Assembly (NCBI GenBank): GCA_037189525.1
Contig: JBBCJC010000001.1
Coordinates: 352,001-416,000 of the forward strand
Direction of reading: 5' to 3'
DNA from: Gemmatimonadales bacterium
GTDB lineage: Bacteria > Gemmatimonadota > Gemmatimonadetes > Gemmatimonadales > GWC2-71-9
DNA length: 64,000 nucleotides
In this document: positions 47,266 through 56,706 of the stretch, one piece after another
Layout: the number at the start of each line of letters is the position of its first letter
Position numbering within the stretch: the stretch's first letter is position 1
The notes under the pieces: generated by a model
The model's database searches: none
Seen by the model: only the letters and a program-made list of their open reading frames with translations
What the model was told of the DNA's origin: nothing
Made by a program: the position numbers and the translations under genes

Positions 47266-48455
47266 GCGACCGCCTTCTTTCGGGGCGGATCGAAAAACGG
47301 CAGCGTACCGACCCGGGCATAGGCCCGGCGGCGGTGATGCTCGACCGTCATTTCCATTTCGACCCGAGTGCCTGGCGCGGCATGCGCAGCCTGCAGGTGC
47401 GCCAGAGCGAGATACTTCTTGAGCAACGGCGACCAGCACCCGCTCGATGCGTAGCCGATTTGCCGCCCGTCGCGATAGATGGGCACACTCGCGCGCCAGG
47501 CGACGGTGGGCAGCGCCGGCGGAAGGCCGACCGCGGCGTAGAGCGCCTCCAGCGACTCCCAGTCGATCTCGATTCCGACGAAACGCCAGGCCGCGCCGCG
47601 CGCCTGCTCGGCCGCCAGCGCGCGCCGGCCGTTGAACGGTCCCTTGTCGAAGCTGACGGTCCAGTCGAGCGACAACTCGTACGGCGTCGACTTCTGCGCA
47701 TCGATCAGCGCCCGTTCCGCCGAATGGTAGTCGACGTCGAGCATGACGAGCCCCGCTTCGATCCGGGCAATGTCGAGCGCCCAGATGCCCGCCGGGGTAA
47801 TCCCGAACGCAAACCCCTCGGCCATCAGCGCATCCCACACCGCGAGCGCCCCATTCGCGGGGACCCAGATTTCAAAGCCGAGATCGCCGGTGTACCCGGT
47901 GCGCGAAATGTCGACCGGGACACCCGCAATCCGGCGGGAGGTAACCCGGAAGTAGCGGAGATCGTCGATCGGGCGATCCGTCACCCGGTTCAAGATTTCT
48001 CGCGAGAGCGGACCCTGAAGCGCCAGCGCCCCGACCCGATCCGATACCTCCGAAATCTCCACCTCCATTCCGAAGGCGTTCCGGTGCAGCCAGCGGAGGT
48101 TGGGTTCGGCCGATGTGAGACGAAACAGCTGGTCGTCGAGCCGGCTCACCGTTCCGTCATCGACCACCTTGCCGTGGGCATCGCACCAGGTCGTATACAT
48201 CACCTGACCGACAGCCGACGAGGCCACTTTGCGCGTCACCATCCGGTCGAGCAAACGCCCGGCATCGGGTCCGCTGATCAGATATTTATGGAGAGGGGAG
48301 ACATCGAACAGGGCCGCGGCATTTCGGACGGCCGCGTATTCTCGATCGGGGACCAGCTCGTAGGCACTCGCCACGGCGTACCCCGCCCAGCGCCGCCATG
48401 CCTGCCCCAAAACGAGCGGAGCTGTCCGCTCGTGGAACGGAGTCGTCTTGAGCAT
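47262..48455 (-). CDS. GcvT/aminomethyltransferase-family THF-binding protein (stand-alone)
   Basis: LKTTPFH, EYAAVR...DVSPL, DDGT, ISRTGYTGDLGFEIW, ARIEAG, PFFDP. Confidence 0.9.
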   Translation of the reverse strand: MLKTTPFHERTAPLVLGQAWRRWAGYAVASAYELVPDREYAAVRNAAALFDVSPLHKYLISGPDAGRLLDRMVTRKVASSAVGQVMYTTWCDAHGKVVDDGTVSRLDDQLFRLTSAEPNLRWLHRNAFGMEVEISEVSDRVGALALQGPLSREILNRVTDRPIDDLRYFRVTSRRIAGVPVDISRTGYTGDLGFEIWVPANGALAVWDALMAEGFAFGITPAGIWALDIARIEAGLVMLDVDYHSAERALIDAQKSTPYELSLDWTVSFDKGPFNGRRALAAEQARGAAWRFVGIEIDWESLEALYAAVGLPPALPTVAWRASVPIYRDGRQIGYASSGCWSPLLKKYLALAHLQAAHAAPGTRVEMEMTVEHHRRRAYARVGTLPFFDPPRKKAVA

Positions 48456-48570
48456 CGAATTCCCTGGCCGCGAGTAGTGCTGAGAATGATGGTCGTCGCA
48501 AGATACAGCCGGAGAGAATGCCCCGACAGACCGCGAAGCACCGGTTTTCTTCGGATTCTCTACGGTGGAC

Positions 48571-48593
48571 ATCCACCCCAAATTGGGGTAGAT
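48571..48593. promoter_or_regulatory. Inverted repeat in the divergent GcvT/NlpC intergenic region
   Basis: ATCCACCCCAA-A-TTGGGGTAGAT (11-bp arms, one mismatch). Confidence 0.45.
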
Positions 48594-48602
48594 ATTCCGG
48601 CT

Positions 48603-49142
48603 ATGTTGAAACGGCTCCCGCTCGCCGCATTGGCGCTCCTGCTGGCCTCGGCCTCCCCGGCCCACGCCCAGACAGCCAAGCCCTTTGCCGAGTTGAGCCG
48701 CACGCTGCTGGCCGGAAGAGACTCCCTCATCAAAGTCACCCGTAACCAGGTCGGCCTCCGGTACCGTCTCGGCGCCAAAGAGCCCGGCAAAGCCTTCGAC
48801 TGCAGCGCCCTGGTCCAGTGGGTCGCCGGCCTGTTCGGGCGAGACCTCCCGCGCACCGCGGCGCAACAGGCCAACATGGGGATCGCCATCCCGAAGGACA
48901 CCGCCCAGCTCCTGCCCGGCGACCTCCTCGTCTTTGGCAAGGGGCGCGGGATCGATCATATCGGGATCTATGTCGGCGACGGGGTGTACGTCCACGCCGC
49001 CAACCGCCGGAAGGGCGTGATCGAAACCGAGCTGGCCCGGACCAAGGACACCTACTGGAAAGGCGTTCGCCGGATCTTCATCGAAGCCGACAGCACGCTG
49101 TATTTCACCCCCAACATCGTGGCGACTCCCGCAGGCGACTGA
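48603..49142 (+). CDS. NlpC/P60 (C40) cell-wall peptidase
   Basis: Signal peptide; YRLG, FDCSAL, LPRTA, GDLLVF, HIGIY, HAA. Confidence 0.92.
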   Translation: MLKRLPLAALALLLASASPAHAQTAKPFAELSRTLLAGRDSLIKVTRNQVGLRYRLGAKEPGKAFDCSALVQWVAGLFGRDLPRTAAQQANMGIAIPKDTAQLLPGDLLVFGKGRGIDHIGIYVGDGVYVHAANRRKGVIETELARTKDTYWKGVRRIFIEADSTLYFTPNIVATPAGD

Positions 49143-49165
49143 CACCACGCATCACCCGTTCGGCC

Positions 49166-49834
49166 TCACCAGTACTGCCACTGCCCCGCCAGCACCACCC
49201 ATCCCGACAGACACGCATTGGTCACCGCGTGGCACCAGATCAGATCACCCAGACTCCGGGTCTTGATCATCCACCAGTTATAGATGATGCCCGCCGCGAT
49301 GCCAACATCCCAGAACGGGCCGTGCTCCATCCCGAACAGAATCACGGTCGCCGCGAATGAAAAGGTCGTAAACGCACCCAGCGGCCGACGCCGGAAGTCG
49401 TCCGAGGCGTCGATCCAGCGGGGCAGCCAGCCGCGCCAGAAGAGCTCTTCGACGATCGGCACGATCAGCGCGGCACGCAGGAACCGCAGCAGGATCACGA
49501 CCAGGTCGGTGCGTGCCTCGACGGCCATCGAACTCTCGACTCGGCCGGTCAGCGAATTCTGGAACAGCATGCTGTCCCGATACCCCGGCATCAGCTGATC
49601 GGGCAGGATCCACAGCACGAAGACGCCGATGCCGACGAGCAGCGTGGCTATCGGGCGCTCCATTCGGAAGCTGAGCACCGGACGGGCCACCAGCGCGATG
49701 ACCGCGAGCAGAACGGTGACCCGGACAATGGCCTCGACCCGCGGTGATACCGGCAGCGCCGGTCCCACGCCGAGCCACACCATGAACACCGCGAACGGAA
49801 GGATGTACCGCAGCGATGGATACCGTTCCAGCAT
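49166..49834 (-). CDS. CAAX prenyl protease-related CPBP intramembrane protease
   Basis: VPIVEELFWRGW, FGMEH, HAVTNACL. Confidence 0.9.
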   Translation of the reverse strand: MLERYPSLRYILPFAVFMVWLGVGPALPVSPRVEAIVRVTVLLAVIALVARPVLSFRMERPIATLLVGIGVFVLWILPDQLMPGYRDSMLFQNSLTGRVESSMAVEARTDLVVILLRFLRAALIVPIVEELFWRGWLPRWIDASDDFRRRPLGAFTTFSFAATVILFGMEHGPFWDVGIAAGIIYNWWMIKTRSLGDLIWCHAVTNACLSGWVVLAGQWQYW

Positions 49835-49847
49835 ACGCGAGACCCCG

Positions 49848-49889
49848 AAAAAAGGTCGGCGAGGCGAACCGGAGCTCGCCCCGCCGACC
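49848..49889 (-). terminator. Intrinsic terminator of the TonB-dependent receptor gene
   Basis: Minus strand GGTCGGCGGGGCGAGC-loop-GTTCGCCTCGCCGACC followed by a run of T. Confidence 0.85.
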
Positions 49890-49903
49890 GGAAGGCCAAC
49901 CAA

Positions 49904-52720
49904 TTAGAACGTGTACGAAATCTTGGACGTCACCAACCGGCCCAGCGTCGGCACGCCGACGAAGGTGGCGTAGCCGGTATTGAAGACGTTGTTGATGCCC
50001 ACCGCCACCAGCATGTTGCGTCCGGCAAACCGCGGCCGGATGCTCCCCTGCAGGTCGAGCAGTGCGTACGAGTCGGTCGGCTCGAAGCTCCCGTCGGCCC
50101 GCTGCGGACTCACATAGACACCCGAGTTGACCGGGAAGCCCTTGGTGTAGCGGCCCCGAGCTTCCACCGCCCACCCCGCCGGATCGTTCCGATACCGGAG
50201 CGACGCCGTACCCCGGTTCTTTGACCCGTTGAGCGCAATCGGCGTCGGACCGTTGACCTCTTCGGCCGTGAAGAAATCCTTGTTCACCACCGACCAGGTC
50301 GCGGCCATCGACCAGCGGTCATTGGCGACGTAATCGAACGCCATGTCGGCGCCGAAGAGATCGACCTCGCCGAAGTTCCGGTAGGTCAGGAAGATGTCGG
50401 AGCGTTCGGTGAGCGGCGAGTTGTTCGGGACCACCGTGCCAAGCGGAATGCCCTGCGTCCCCGAAGCGCCGGTTGCGCCCGAGATACCCGCCATGGCGGT
50501 GCCGAGCTGCCCCGCTGCCTGCGCAGCGGCCTGGGCTCCGATCGCGGGGGTGAACGCTGCCGTCAGGTACGCAATCAGCGAGTTCCGGTCGAAAAAGACG
50601 TTGGGCGACTCGACGATCAGCGGGCCGACGAAGTTCTCGCGCCGCTCGTAGTAGACGTCGACCGCCAGGCGCGCCTTGTTGCCCAGGTTGCCCTTGTACC
50701 CGACTTCGAACGTGTTGCTGATACTCGGCTTGAGGGTCGCAATGTCCTGGACCTGGGCCGGATCGATGTCGAGGAAGGTGGCCGTCGTGGTGTTGAGCCG
50801 GCGGAGCTGGGTGCCGACCTGCGTCGTCGGCGCCGGAATGGCCGCCAGCAACTGCCGAAGTTGCGCCGGCACGGCCTGGTTCTGTGAGATGATCCCGACT
50901 GCCAGCGGCCACAGGGCGGCCGCATTGGCGGGCAGCTGCTGCGTCGGGCTGCCCAGAACCGGAATGGCCCGCATGCAGAGATTGCTGAGGCCGTTGGCAC
51001 AGCCGCCGCCCGCCCGGAACTGGAACCCGCCCTGCGGCACGCCGAGCGCGCGAACCGTATAGGGCCCCGCCGCTCCACCACGAATATCCAGGAACAGGTT
51101 GTTGTTGCTGGGCGTCGAGAAGGCCCGGTTGTAGGTCAGGCGAATGTTGTTGGACTCATTCGGCTTGAGCACCAGCGCCACCCGCGGCGACAGGACCGGA
51201 TCGTCGAGACGGCTGTGGTGATCGACCCGGAGCGCAGCCACGACGTCGACTCGCGGGCTCAAATGGGTCACACTGTGGAGGTACCCACCGACTTCCTTGA
51301 TGTCGTCGTCGGCCTCGTTGGACCCGTTGATGCTGCCGCCGGTCCGCGCATCGGTGAAGATATAGTCGACGCCGTAGATAAAGGTCTGCCGAGCGCCGAG
51401 GCTGAAGCCATGCTGGACTTGCGCCGCCAGGGTGCGGGAACTGTCGAGAATCTGCTGGCCGTCGCGGAGCAGGAAGGTCCCGCCGGAGTTGCTGAAGTTC
51501 CCGAACACCTGGGCAAACAGGTCTTTGTGTCGAAACCGGGTCTGGATGCTCTGATACCGCCAATCGCGCGCCTGGCCGGCGCCGAGCCCGGTGAGTTCGA
51601 TCAGGTTGATCGCTTCGCTGTGCCCGTAGCTGGTGATCCACTCGGTATTCTCGTCCGGCCGGACATCGAAGCGGAACTCACCATTCCATTTTCTGATATC
51701 GAAGTTCCGGCACCCGGTCACGGTGCGAGTACAGGAGATCGTGCTGTTGTCATCCCGCGACCGGGTCCGGAGCGTGTCGCCCGGATCGGCGTAGCGCCAG
51801 TCGCTGCCGGTTAGATACTCACCCGACAGCTTGAAGCCCACCTTGGGCGAGAGCCGCGTCGCATGCCGGAATCCGAAGCGGAGCAGCCCGCCGCCGTTGT
51901 CGGCCGCGTTGGTCCCTTCCGCCCACTTGGAACTCGCCCGGAACCCGCTCTCGAGCGAGACCGTCGTGCCCGGCGAGTTGATCGGCGACTTGGTAATGAT
52001 GTTGAGCACGCCGCTGGTCACGTTGGGACCATAGAGCGCCGCGCCGGGGCCCAAGACGAACTCGATCTGTTCGATATCCTCGTTCGTGGTCGGAAAGAAC
52101 CCGGCCACGTTGACCTTGAGCGACGGCACCGCCGCCATCCGGTTATCGATCAGCGTCAGCAGCGACCCGGAAAAGGTGTTGTTGAAGCCGCGGGAGACGA
52201 TGTTGGACTGGACCAACCCGCCCTCCGAGAACGAGATCCCGGGAGCCGCCTTGAGATGGTCGAGGACGGTGATGGCCGGCCGTTCCTGGACCTGAACCGC
52301 CGGGATCACGGTCACGCTGGCCGGCGCATCCGTGAGCTTTTCCGGCACTTTGGAGACGGAGGTGACCATGACCTCTGAGAGGTTATACACCTGGCTCGAG
52401 AGGACGAAATCGACGGTGACCGTCCCGCCCGACGTGACCACAACGCCTCGCGTCTGGCGCGGGGAGTATGGGATCATGGTGGCCAGGACCGCGTAGGTCC
52501 CGGCGGGAAGGTTGTCGATCCGATAGACGCCGTTGGCACCGGTGGAGCCTTGCCCGACGTTCCTTCCAGAAACGTCGCGAACCTGGATCTGAGCGCCGAC
52601 CAGACCATCTCCTCTGGTACTGTCGGAGACGCGGCCGGCAATCGAGCCAGCCTGGGCCGACGCCACCACGGGAAAACCGACCAATGACAACGCCAGCAAC
52701 CACAGACGGGAAGGAGTCAT
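49904..52720 (-). CDS. TonB-dependent receptor with N-terminal carboxypeptidase-regulatory-like domain
   Basis: Signal peptide, GSIAGRVSD; plug (SRGF, IEQIEFVLGPGAALYG...GVLNIITK); C-terminal NNVFN...YTF. Confidence 0.93.
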   Translation of the reverse strand: MTPSRLWLLALSLVGFPVVASAQAGSIAGRVSDSTRGDGLVGAQIQVRDVSGRNVGQGSTGANGVYRIDNLPAGTYAVLATMIPYSPRQTRGVVVTSGGTVTVDFVLSSQVYNLSEVMVTSVSKVPEKLTDAPASVTVIPAVQVQERPAITVLDHLKAAPGISFSEGGLVQSNIVSRGFNNTFSGSLLTLIDNRMAAVPSLKVNVAGFFPTTNEDIEQIEFVLGPGAALYGPNVTSGVLNIITKSPINSPGTTVSLESGFRASSKWAEGTNAADNGGGLLRFGFRHATRLSPKVGFKLSGEYLTGSDWRYADPGDTLRTRSRDDNSTISCTRTVTGCRNFDIRKWNGEFRFDVRPDENTEWITSYGHSEAINLIELTGLGAGQARDWRYQSIQTRFRHKDLFAQVFGNFSNSGGTFLLRDGQQILDSSRTLAAQVQHGFSLGARQTFIYGVDYIFTDARTGGSINGSNEADDDIKEVGGYLHSVTHLSPRVDVVAALRVDHHSRLDDPVLSPRVALVLKPNESNNIRLTYNRAFSTPSNNNLFLDIRGGAAGPYTVRALGVPQGGFQFRAGGGCANGLSNLCMRAIPVLGSPTQQLPANAAALWPLAVGIISQNQAVPAQLRQLLAAIPAPTTQVGTQLRRLNTTTATFLDIDPAQVQDIATLKPSISNTFEVGYKGNLGNKARLAVDVYYERRENFVGPLIVESPNVFFDRNSLIAYLTAAFTPAIGAQAAAQAAGQLGTAMAGISGATGASGTQGIPLGTVVPNNSPLTERSDIFLTYRNFGEVDLFGADMAFDYVANDRWSMAATWSVVNKDFFTAEEVNGPTPIALNGSKNRGTASLRYRNDPAGWAVEARGRYTKGFPVNSGVYVSPQRADGSFEPTDSYALLDLQGSIRPRFAGRNMLVAVGINNVFNTGYATFVGVPTLGRLVTSKISYTF

Positions 52721-52962
52721 AATTCGGGGCCTCGAGGAAAACGGGACTTGCCGGGAGACGAGGGCTTGGCGTATCACGACAACCCCTTGTCTTTCAATAA
52801 GATCGGAATTGGACCGGGGCAGTGTCAAGCCGAGCCCAGCCCCCCGCCGTGTGCAAGGGTCGGCCACTGGGGCGTCCCTTTGCTTTGACAATCGACTAAA
52901 GCATGTTTCCCAGTTCGCGTCTAGGCGGGATCGGTCCCGCCGGCTATCCCAGGAGGGGATTT

Positions 52963-53895
52963 ATGAAGCGCAGTCTCGTAGCCCTTGTCGCAGTGACCGG
53001 TATCGTCGCGTGCAACGCGGGACCGCGAGGGCAGCTGGTACAGTCGATCCCGTCGGACTCGACCGAGTTTTTCCGGACCCAAGTGCAGCAGATGACCACC
53101 GTGTCGGCCACCAAGGACAGCCTGTTCCGTGACCTCGCGGAAACCACCAAGCTGCTCGCCGACATCAACACCGAGTTGGCCACGGTCCGGACCGGCAACA
53201 AGGCCGTCGAGCCCGTCGTTTCGCCCGAGAGTCAGCTGGCCGCGTCGCCCAGCGACCGCGCCCTGGTCCTCAAGAAGGTCAAGGATCTCACTGCCCGCGT
53301 GAAGAACAGCGAGAGCCGGTTGGCCACGAGCCAGCGCCGGATCCGCGCGCTGACCGCCGAGTCCGACAGCTTCCGCGTGGTACTGGCAGACTTCCAGACC
53401 ACCATCGACGGCCTCAACTCGATGGTCGACAATCAGAAGAGCACCATCGCGAACCTCGAGTCCGAGCTCAACACCAGCCGGGCCCAGGTCGTCGCGCTGA
53501 CCGAGGAAAAGGTCGTCCTCCAGGACACCGTCTCGGCCATGACCACCCGTGAAAACACGGTCTACTACGTGGTTGGCACCAAGAAGGAGCTCAAGGACCG
53601 CGGCATCATCAAGGAAGTCGGCGGCACGCGCTTCCTCCTGGTGACCCGCACCGGTGAGACCCTGAAGCCGGCGGACAACCTCGATCCGTCGATGTTCACC
53701 GCCATCGATCGGCGCCAGACGGCTGAGATTCCGCTGCCGCGCCCCGACAAGCAGTACCGGGTGGTGACCAATCAGAACGTCGCGTACGCCAACGCCAGCC
53801 AGGACAACAGCGGCAAGGTGCGCGGCACGCTCCAGATCTCGAACCCGGAGCAGTTCTGGACCAACTCGAAGTTCCTGATCCTGGTCGAGAACTAA
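52963..53895 (+). CDS. Coiled-coil lipoprotein, Cbp1 (Bacteroidetes collagen-binding adhesin)-like
   Basis: GGAGGGG SD, lipobox IVAC, long heptad coiled coil; C-terminal NTVYYVVGTKKELKDRGII...FTAID...EIPL...NPEQFW..SKFLIL. Confidence 0.75.
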   Translation: MKRSLVALVAVTGIVACNAGPRGQLVQSIPSDSTEFFRTQVQQMTTVSATKDSLFRDLAETTKLLADINTELATVRTGNKAVEPVVSPESQLAASPSDRALVLKKVKDLTARVKNSESRLATSQRRIRALTAESDSFRVVLADFQTTIDGLNSMVDNQKSTIANLESELNTSRAQVVALTEEKVVLQDTVSAMTTRENTVYYVVGTKKELKDRGIIKEVGGTRFLLVTRTGETLKPADNLDPSMFTAIDRRQTAEIPLPRPDKQYRVVTNQNVAYANASQDNSGKVRGTLQISNPEQFWTNSKFLILVEN

Positions 53896-53914
53896 CGCGG
53901 GTACGAAGCGGATG

Positions 53915-53952
53915 AACGAAAGGGCGGCCCGAGCGGTCGCCCTTTTCGTTTT
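53915..53952 (+). terminator. Intrinsic terminator
   Basis: AAAGGGCGGCC-CGAGC-GGTCGCCCTTTT then CGTTTT. Confidence 0.85.
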
Positions 53953-54017
53953 CCCTTCCACGCCATCGCCGCGCTTGCTGGTCTGCCCGGATGACGGATA
54001 AGTTGGCACACCTCCAG

Positions 54018-55064
54018 ATGCGATCCTCCGACCCGCCCATGCCAGCCGCCGTCCGCCTCCCACTCGTGGTCCTGACCCCGATCCGGAACGAAGGGTGGAT
54101 CCTCGATCGCTTCCTGGCCGTCACCTCCCGGCTCGCCGACCATATCGTCCTGGCCGATCAGCAATCGTTCGACCGGAGCCGAGCGATTGCTGCGCAATAT
54201 CCGAATGTCACCGTGGTCGCGAACGACGACCCCGGCTTCAGCGAGGCCGCCCGGCAGGAGCTCCTGATCGAGACCGCTCGGCGGCTGGTGCCCGGCCCCA
54301 AGGTGCTGCTCGCGCTCGACGCCGACGAGATCATTGCCGCCGACGCGCCCGATACGCCCGGCTGGGAGACCATGCTGACGGCCGAGCCCGGCACGATCCT
54401 CTGCTATGAGCTCGTCGACCTGATCCATACGCCCGACCGCTGCATGCGTCACGACCGCTGGCGGCCCTTCGGCTACGTCGACGACGGCGCCGCCCACGCC
54501 GGCCGCCTGATTCACAGCGGGCGGGTACCCCTCCCCGCCGGCGCGCCTCGGCTCAAGCTGAACGACGTCAAGCTGCTCCACTATGCGCCGCTCCGCAGCA
54601 CGGGCATGGCGTCCAAACTCCGCTGGTACAGCGTGGTCGAGAACGTGCTGGGGACCTGCCCGCCTGTCTTCAAGCGCCGGCTCCGCTATCTGAACCACGT
54701 CGACTTCACCTGGGAAGGCCGCTTCGAAGCGAGCCAATCGCGCTGGTTCGAAGGGTGGGAGGCGGTGGGCATCGACATGCGCACCATCGACGATCCCGAG
54801 TTCCACTGGTACGATGTCGAGGTGCTGCGCGCCTTCCGCACCTACGGCACACGGAAGTTCTGGCTCGATGACATCTGGCGGTTCGACTGGGAACCGGCGC
54901 GGCAATGGGCCCTCGCCCAGGGGCTCGAAGGGCTACCCGAGGGCCCGATCCGTCCGGCGCCCGACTGGCTCGTCTGGGTGATGCGCGCGCTGGGCTGGGT
55001 CCATCGCCATCAGGTCTGGCTCCGCCAGCGTCTCTCGGGACGGCGGAGCCGCCGCCTCGAGTGA
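54018..55064 (+). CDS. Glycosyltransferase family 2 protein
   Basis: LTPIRNEG, VLADQQSFDRS, LDADE, IHSGRVP, LLHY. Start is 54018 or 54039. Confidence 0.82.
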   Translation: MRSSDPPMPAAVRLPLVVLTPIRNEGWILDRFLAVTSRLADHIVLADQQSFDRSRAIAAQYPNVTVVANDDPGFSEAARQELLIETARRLVPGPKVLLALDADEIIAADAPDTPGWETMLTAEPGTILCYELVDLIHTPDRCMRHDRWRPFGYVDDGAAHAGRLIHSGRVPLPAGAPRLKLNDVKLLHYAPLRSTGMASKLRWYSVVENVLGTCPPVFKRRLRYLNHVDFTWEGRFEASQSRWFEGWEAVGIDMRTIDDPEFHWYDVEVLRAFRTYGTRKFWLDDIWRFDWEPARQWALAQGLEGLPEGPIRPAPDWLVWVMRALGWVHRHQVWLRQRLSGRRSRRLE

Positions 55065-55167
55065 GGACATTGCCCGCGCGCGAGACACCGTCGTCGTTGC
55101 CTCGCCGTCCCCGGTCCCCGTAGCTTTGATGCCGTCCGCCTTGCCGTATCGTCACCCCGGAGCATCC

Positions 55168-56568
55168 ATGCGCCGCCTCACCGTAGCCCTTCTTACCCTG
55201 CTCGTGCTCGCCCTGCCCCGTCCCGCCCGAGCGCAGGACGATGCGCAGCGAGCGCTGGAGCGCGAGATCCTGGCCGAACTGATCGCCATCAATACCAGCG
55301 ACTCCGCCGGACAGAGCGCGCGCATCTCGGCCGTGATCCGCGACCGGCTCCTCGCCGCCGGGTTCGAGGCGGCCGACGTCCAGGTGATCGGGCACGATCC
55401 GCGCTATCAGAACGTGGTGGCGCGCTATCGCGGCCGAGCCACGGGCAAGAAGCCCATCATGCTGATGGCCCACCTCGACGTGGTCGACGCGCGCCGCGAG
55501 GACTGGTCGTTCGATCCCTACGCGTTCCGGGAAGAAGGCGGCTTCTACTACGGACGCGGCACCAGCGACAACAAGGCGGGCGTGGCAACGCTGGTTGCCA
55601 ACTTCATCCGGCTCCGCCGCGAGAAGTTCGTCCCCGACCGCGATCTCATCATGGTGCTCACGGCCGACGAGGAGACGGACGGCAACGCTATCGCATGGCT
55701 GGTATCGGATCAACGCGCCCTGGTCGACGCCGAATACGCCCTCAATACCGACGCCGGCGGTGGCGCGCTGGTCAACGGGACGCCCTCGGCGTTCGCGGTG
55801 CAGACGGCCGAGAAGATCTATGTCACCTTCGAACTCACGGTGCGCAACAAGGGCGGCCACAGCTCGGTGCCGGTGCCGGACAACGCTATCAACCGGCTCG
55901 CGACCGGGCTGACCAAGCTTGCTGCGTATACCTTCCCGGTTCGCTTGAACGAGACGACGCGCGCCTACTTCGAGCGGAGCGCGCGCACGGAGTCGGGCCA
56001 GACCCGCGCCGACATGCTGGCGCTCGCGTCCAAAGCCGACCCGGCCGCCGCGGCCCGGCTGAGCGCCGCGGTGCCGTTCTACAACTCGGTGATGCGAACC
56101 ACCTGTGTTGCCACCAAGCTCTTCGCGGGCCACGCCGACAACGCCCTTCCGCAGCTGGCGCGCGCGACGGTCAACTGCCGGCTCCTGCCCGACGATCATC
56201 AGGACTCGGTGCAGGCCGTACTCACCAGAGTGCTCGCCGACCCGGAAATCGCCATTACGACGACGTACCCGGCCAAGCCGAGCCCGCCGTCGCCGCTCCG
56301 GCCCGACGTGGTGGGCCCGATCGAGTCGCTGGTCAAAGAAATGTGGCCGAGCGCCACGGTGGTGCCGGAGATGTCGACCGGCGCTACCGACGGGCTCTTC
56401 GTACGGAACGTGGGGATCCCGGTCTACGGCGTGAGTGCGATCTTCGAAGACATCAACGACGGTCGCGCGCACGGAAGAGATGAACGCGTCGGCGTGGAGG
56501 AGTTCCACCGCGCATCGACCTTCTGGTACCGGATGCTCAAGGCGCTCACCTCACCGGGAGCCACCTGA
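55168..56568 (+). CDS. Exported M20/M25/M40 metallopeptidase
   Basis: Signal peptide; MAHLDVV, GRGTSDNK, ADEE, GGHSS, GATDG, AHGRDER. Confidence 0.92.
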   Translation: MRRLTVALLTLLVLALPRPARAQDDAQRALEREILAELIAINTSDSAGQSARISAVIRDRLLAAGFEAADVQVIGHDPRYQNVVARYRGRATGKKPIMLMAHLDVVDARREDWSFDPYAFREEGGFYYGRGTSDNKAGVATLVANFIRLRREKFVPDRDLIMVLTADEETDGNAIAWLVSDQRALVDAEYALNTDAGGGALVNGTPSAFAVQTAEKIYVTFELTVRNKGGHSSVPVPDNAINRLATGLTKLAAYTFPVRLNETTRAYFERSARTESGQTRADMLALASKADPAAAARLSAAVPFYNSVMRTTCVATKLFAGHADNALPQLARATVNCRLLPDDHQDSVQAVLTRVLADPEIAITTTYPAKPSPPSPLRPDVVGPIESLVKEMWPSATVVPEMSTGATDGLFVRNVGIPVYGVSAIFEDINDGRAHGRDERVGVEEFHRASTFWYRMLKALTSPGAT

Positions 56569-56624
56569 GGCCGGGCAATATCTCCGGCAAGACCCTCACG
56601 GACGGATCTGTCACCCCCGATATA

Positions 56625-56662
56625 TCACGGCCCGCCGCCGCTCGATGCGGAGCGGGCCGTGA
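56625..56662. terminator. Hairpin between convergent genes
   Basis: TCACGGCCCGC...GCGGGCCGTGA, 11-bp perfect outer stem. Confidence 0.5.
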
Positions 56663-56706
56663 CTCGATCTCCCTCGGCTCCGCACCGAGCGGAACCGCTT
56701 TCGTAG

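Noticed and set aside
47262..48455. True glycine cleavage T protein with a glycine riboswitch
   Set aside because: No gcvH/gcvP. The GGAGAG...GAAG...CTCT resemblance at 48510-48565 is on the wrong strand and lacks the CTCTCAGG core.
52721..52962. Cobalamin or TPP riboswitch ahead of the TonB-dependent receptor
   Set aside because: Only a CTGCCCC fragment; conserved B12-box and TPP cores absent.
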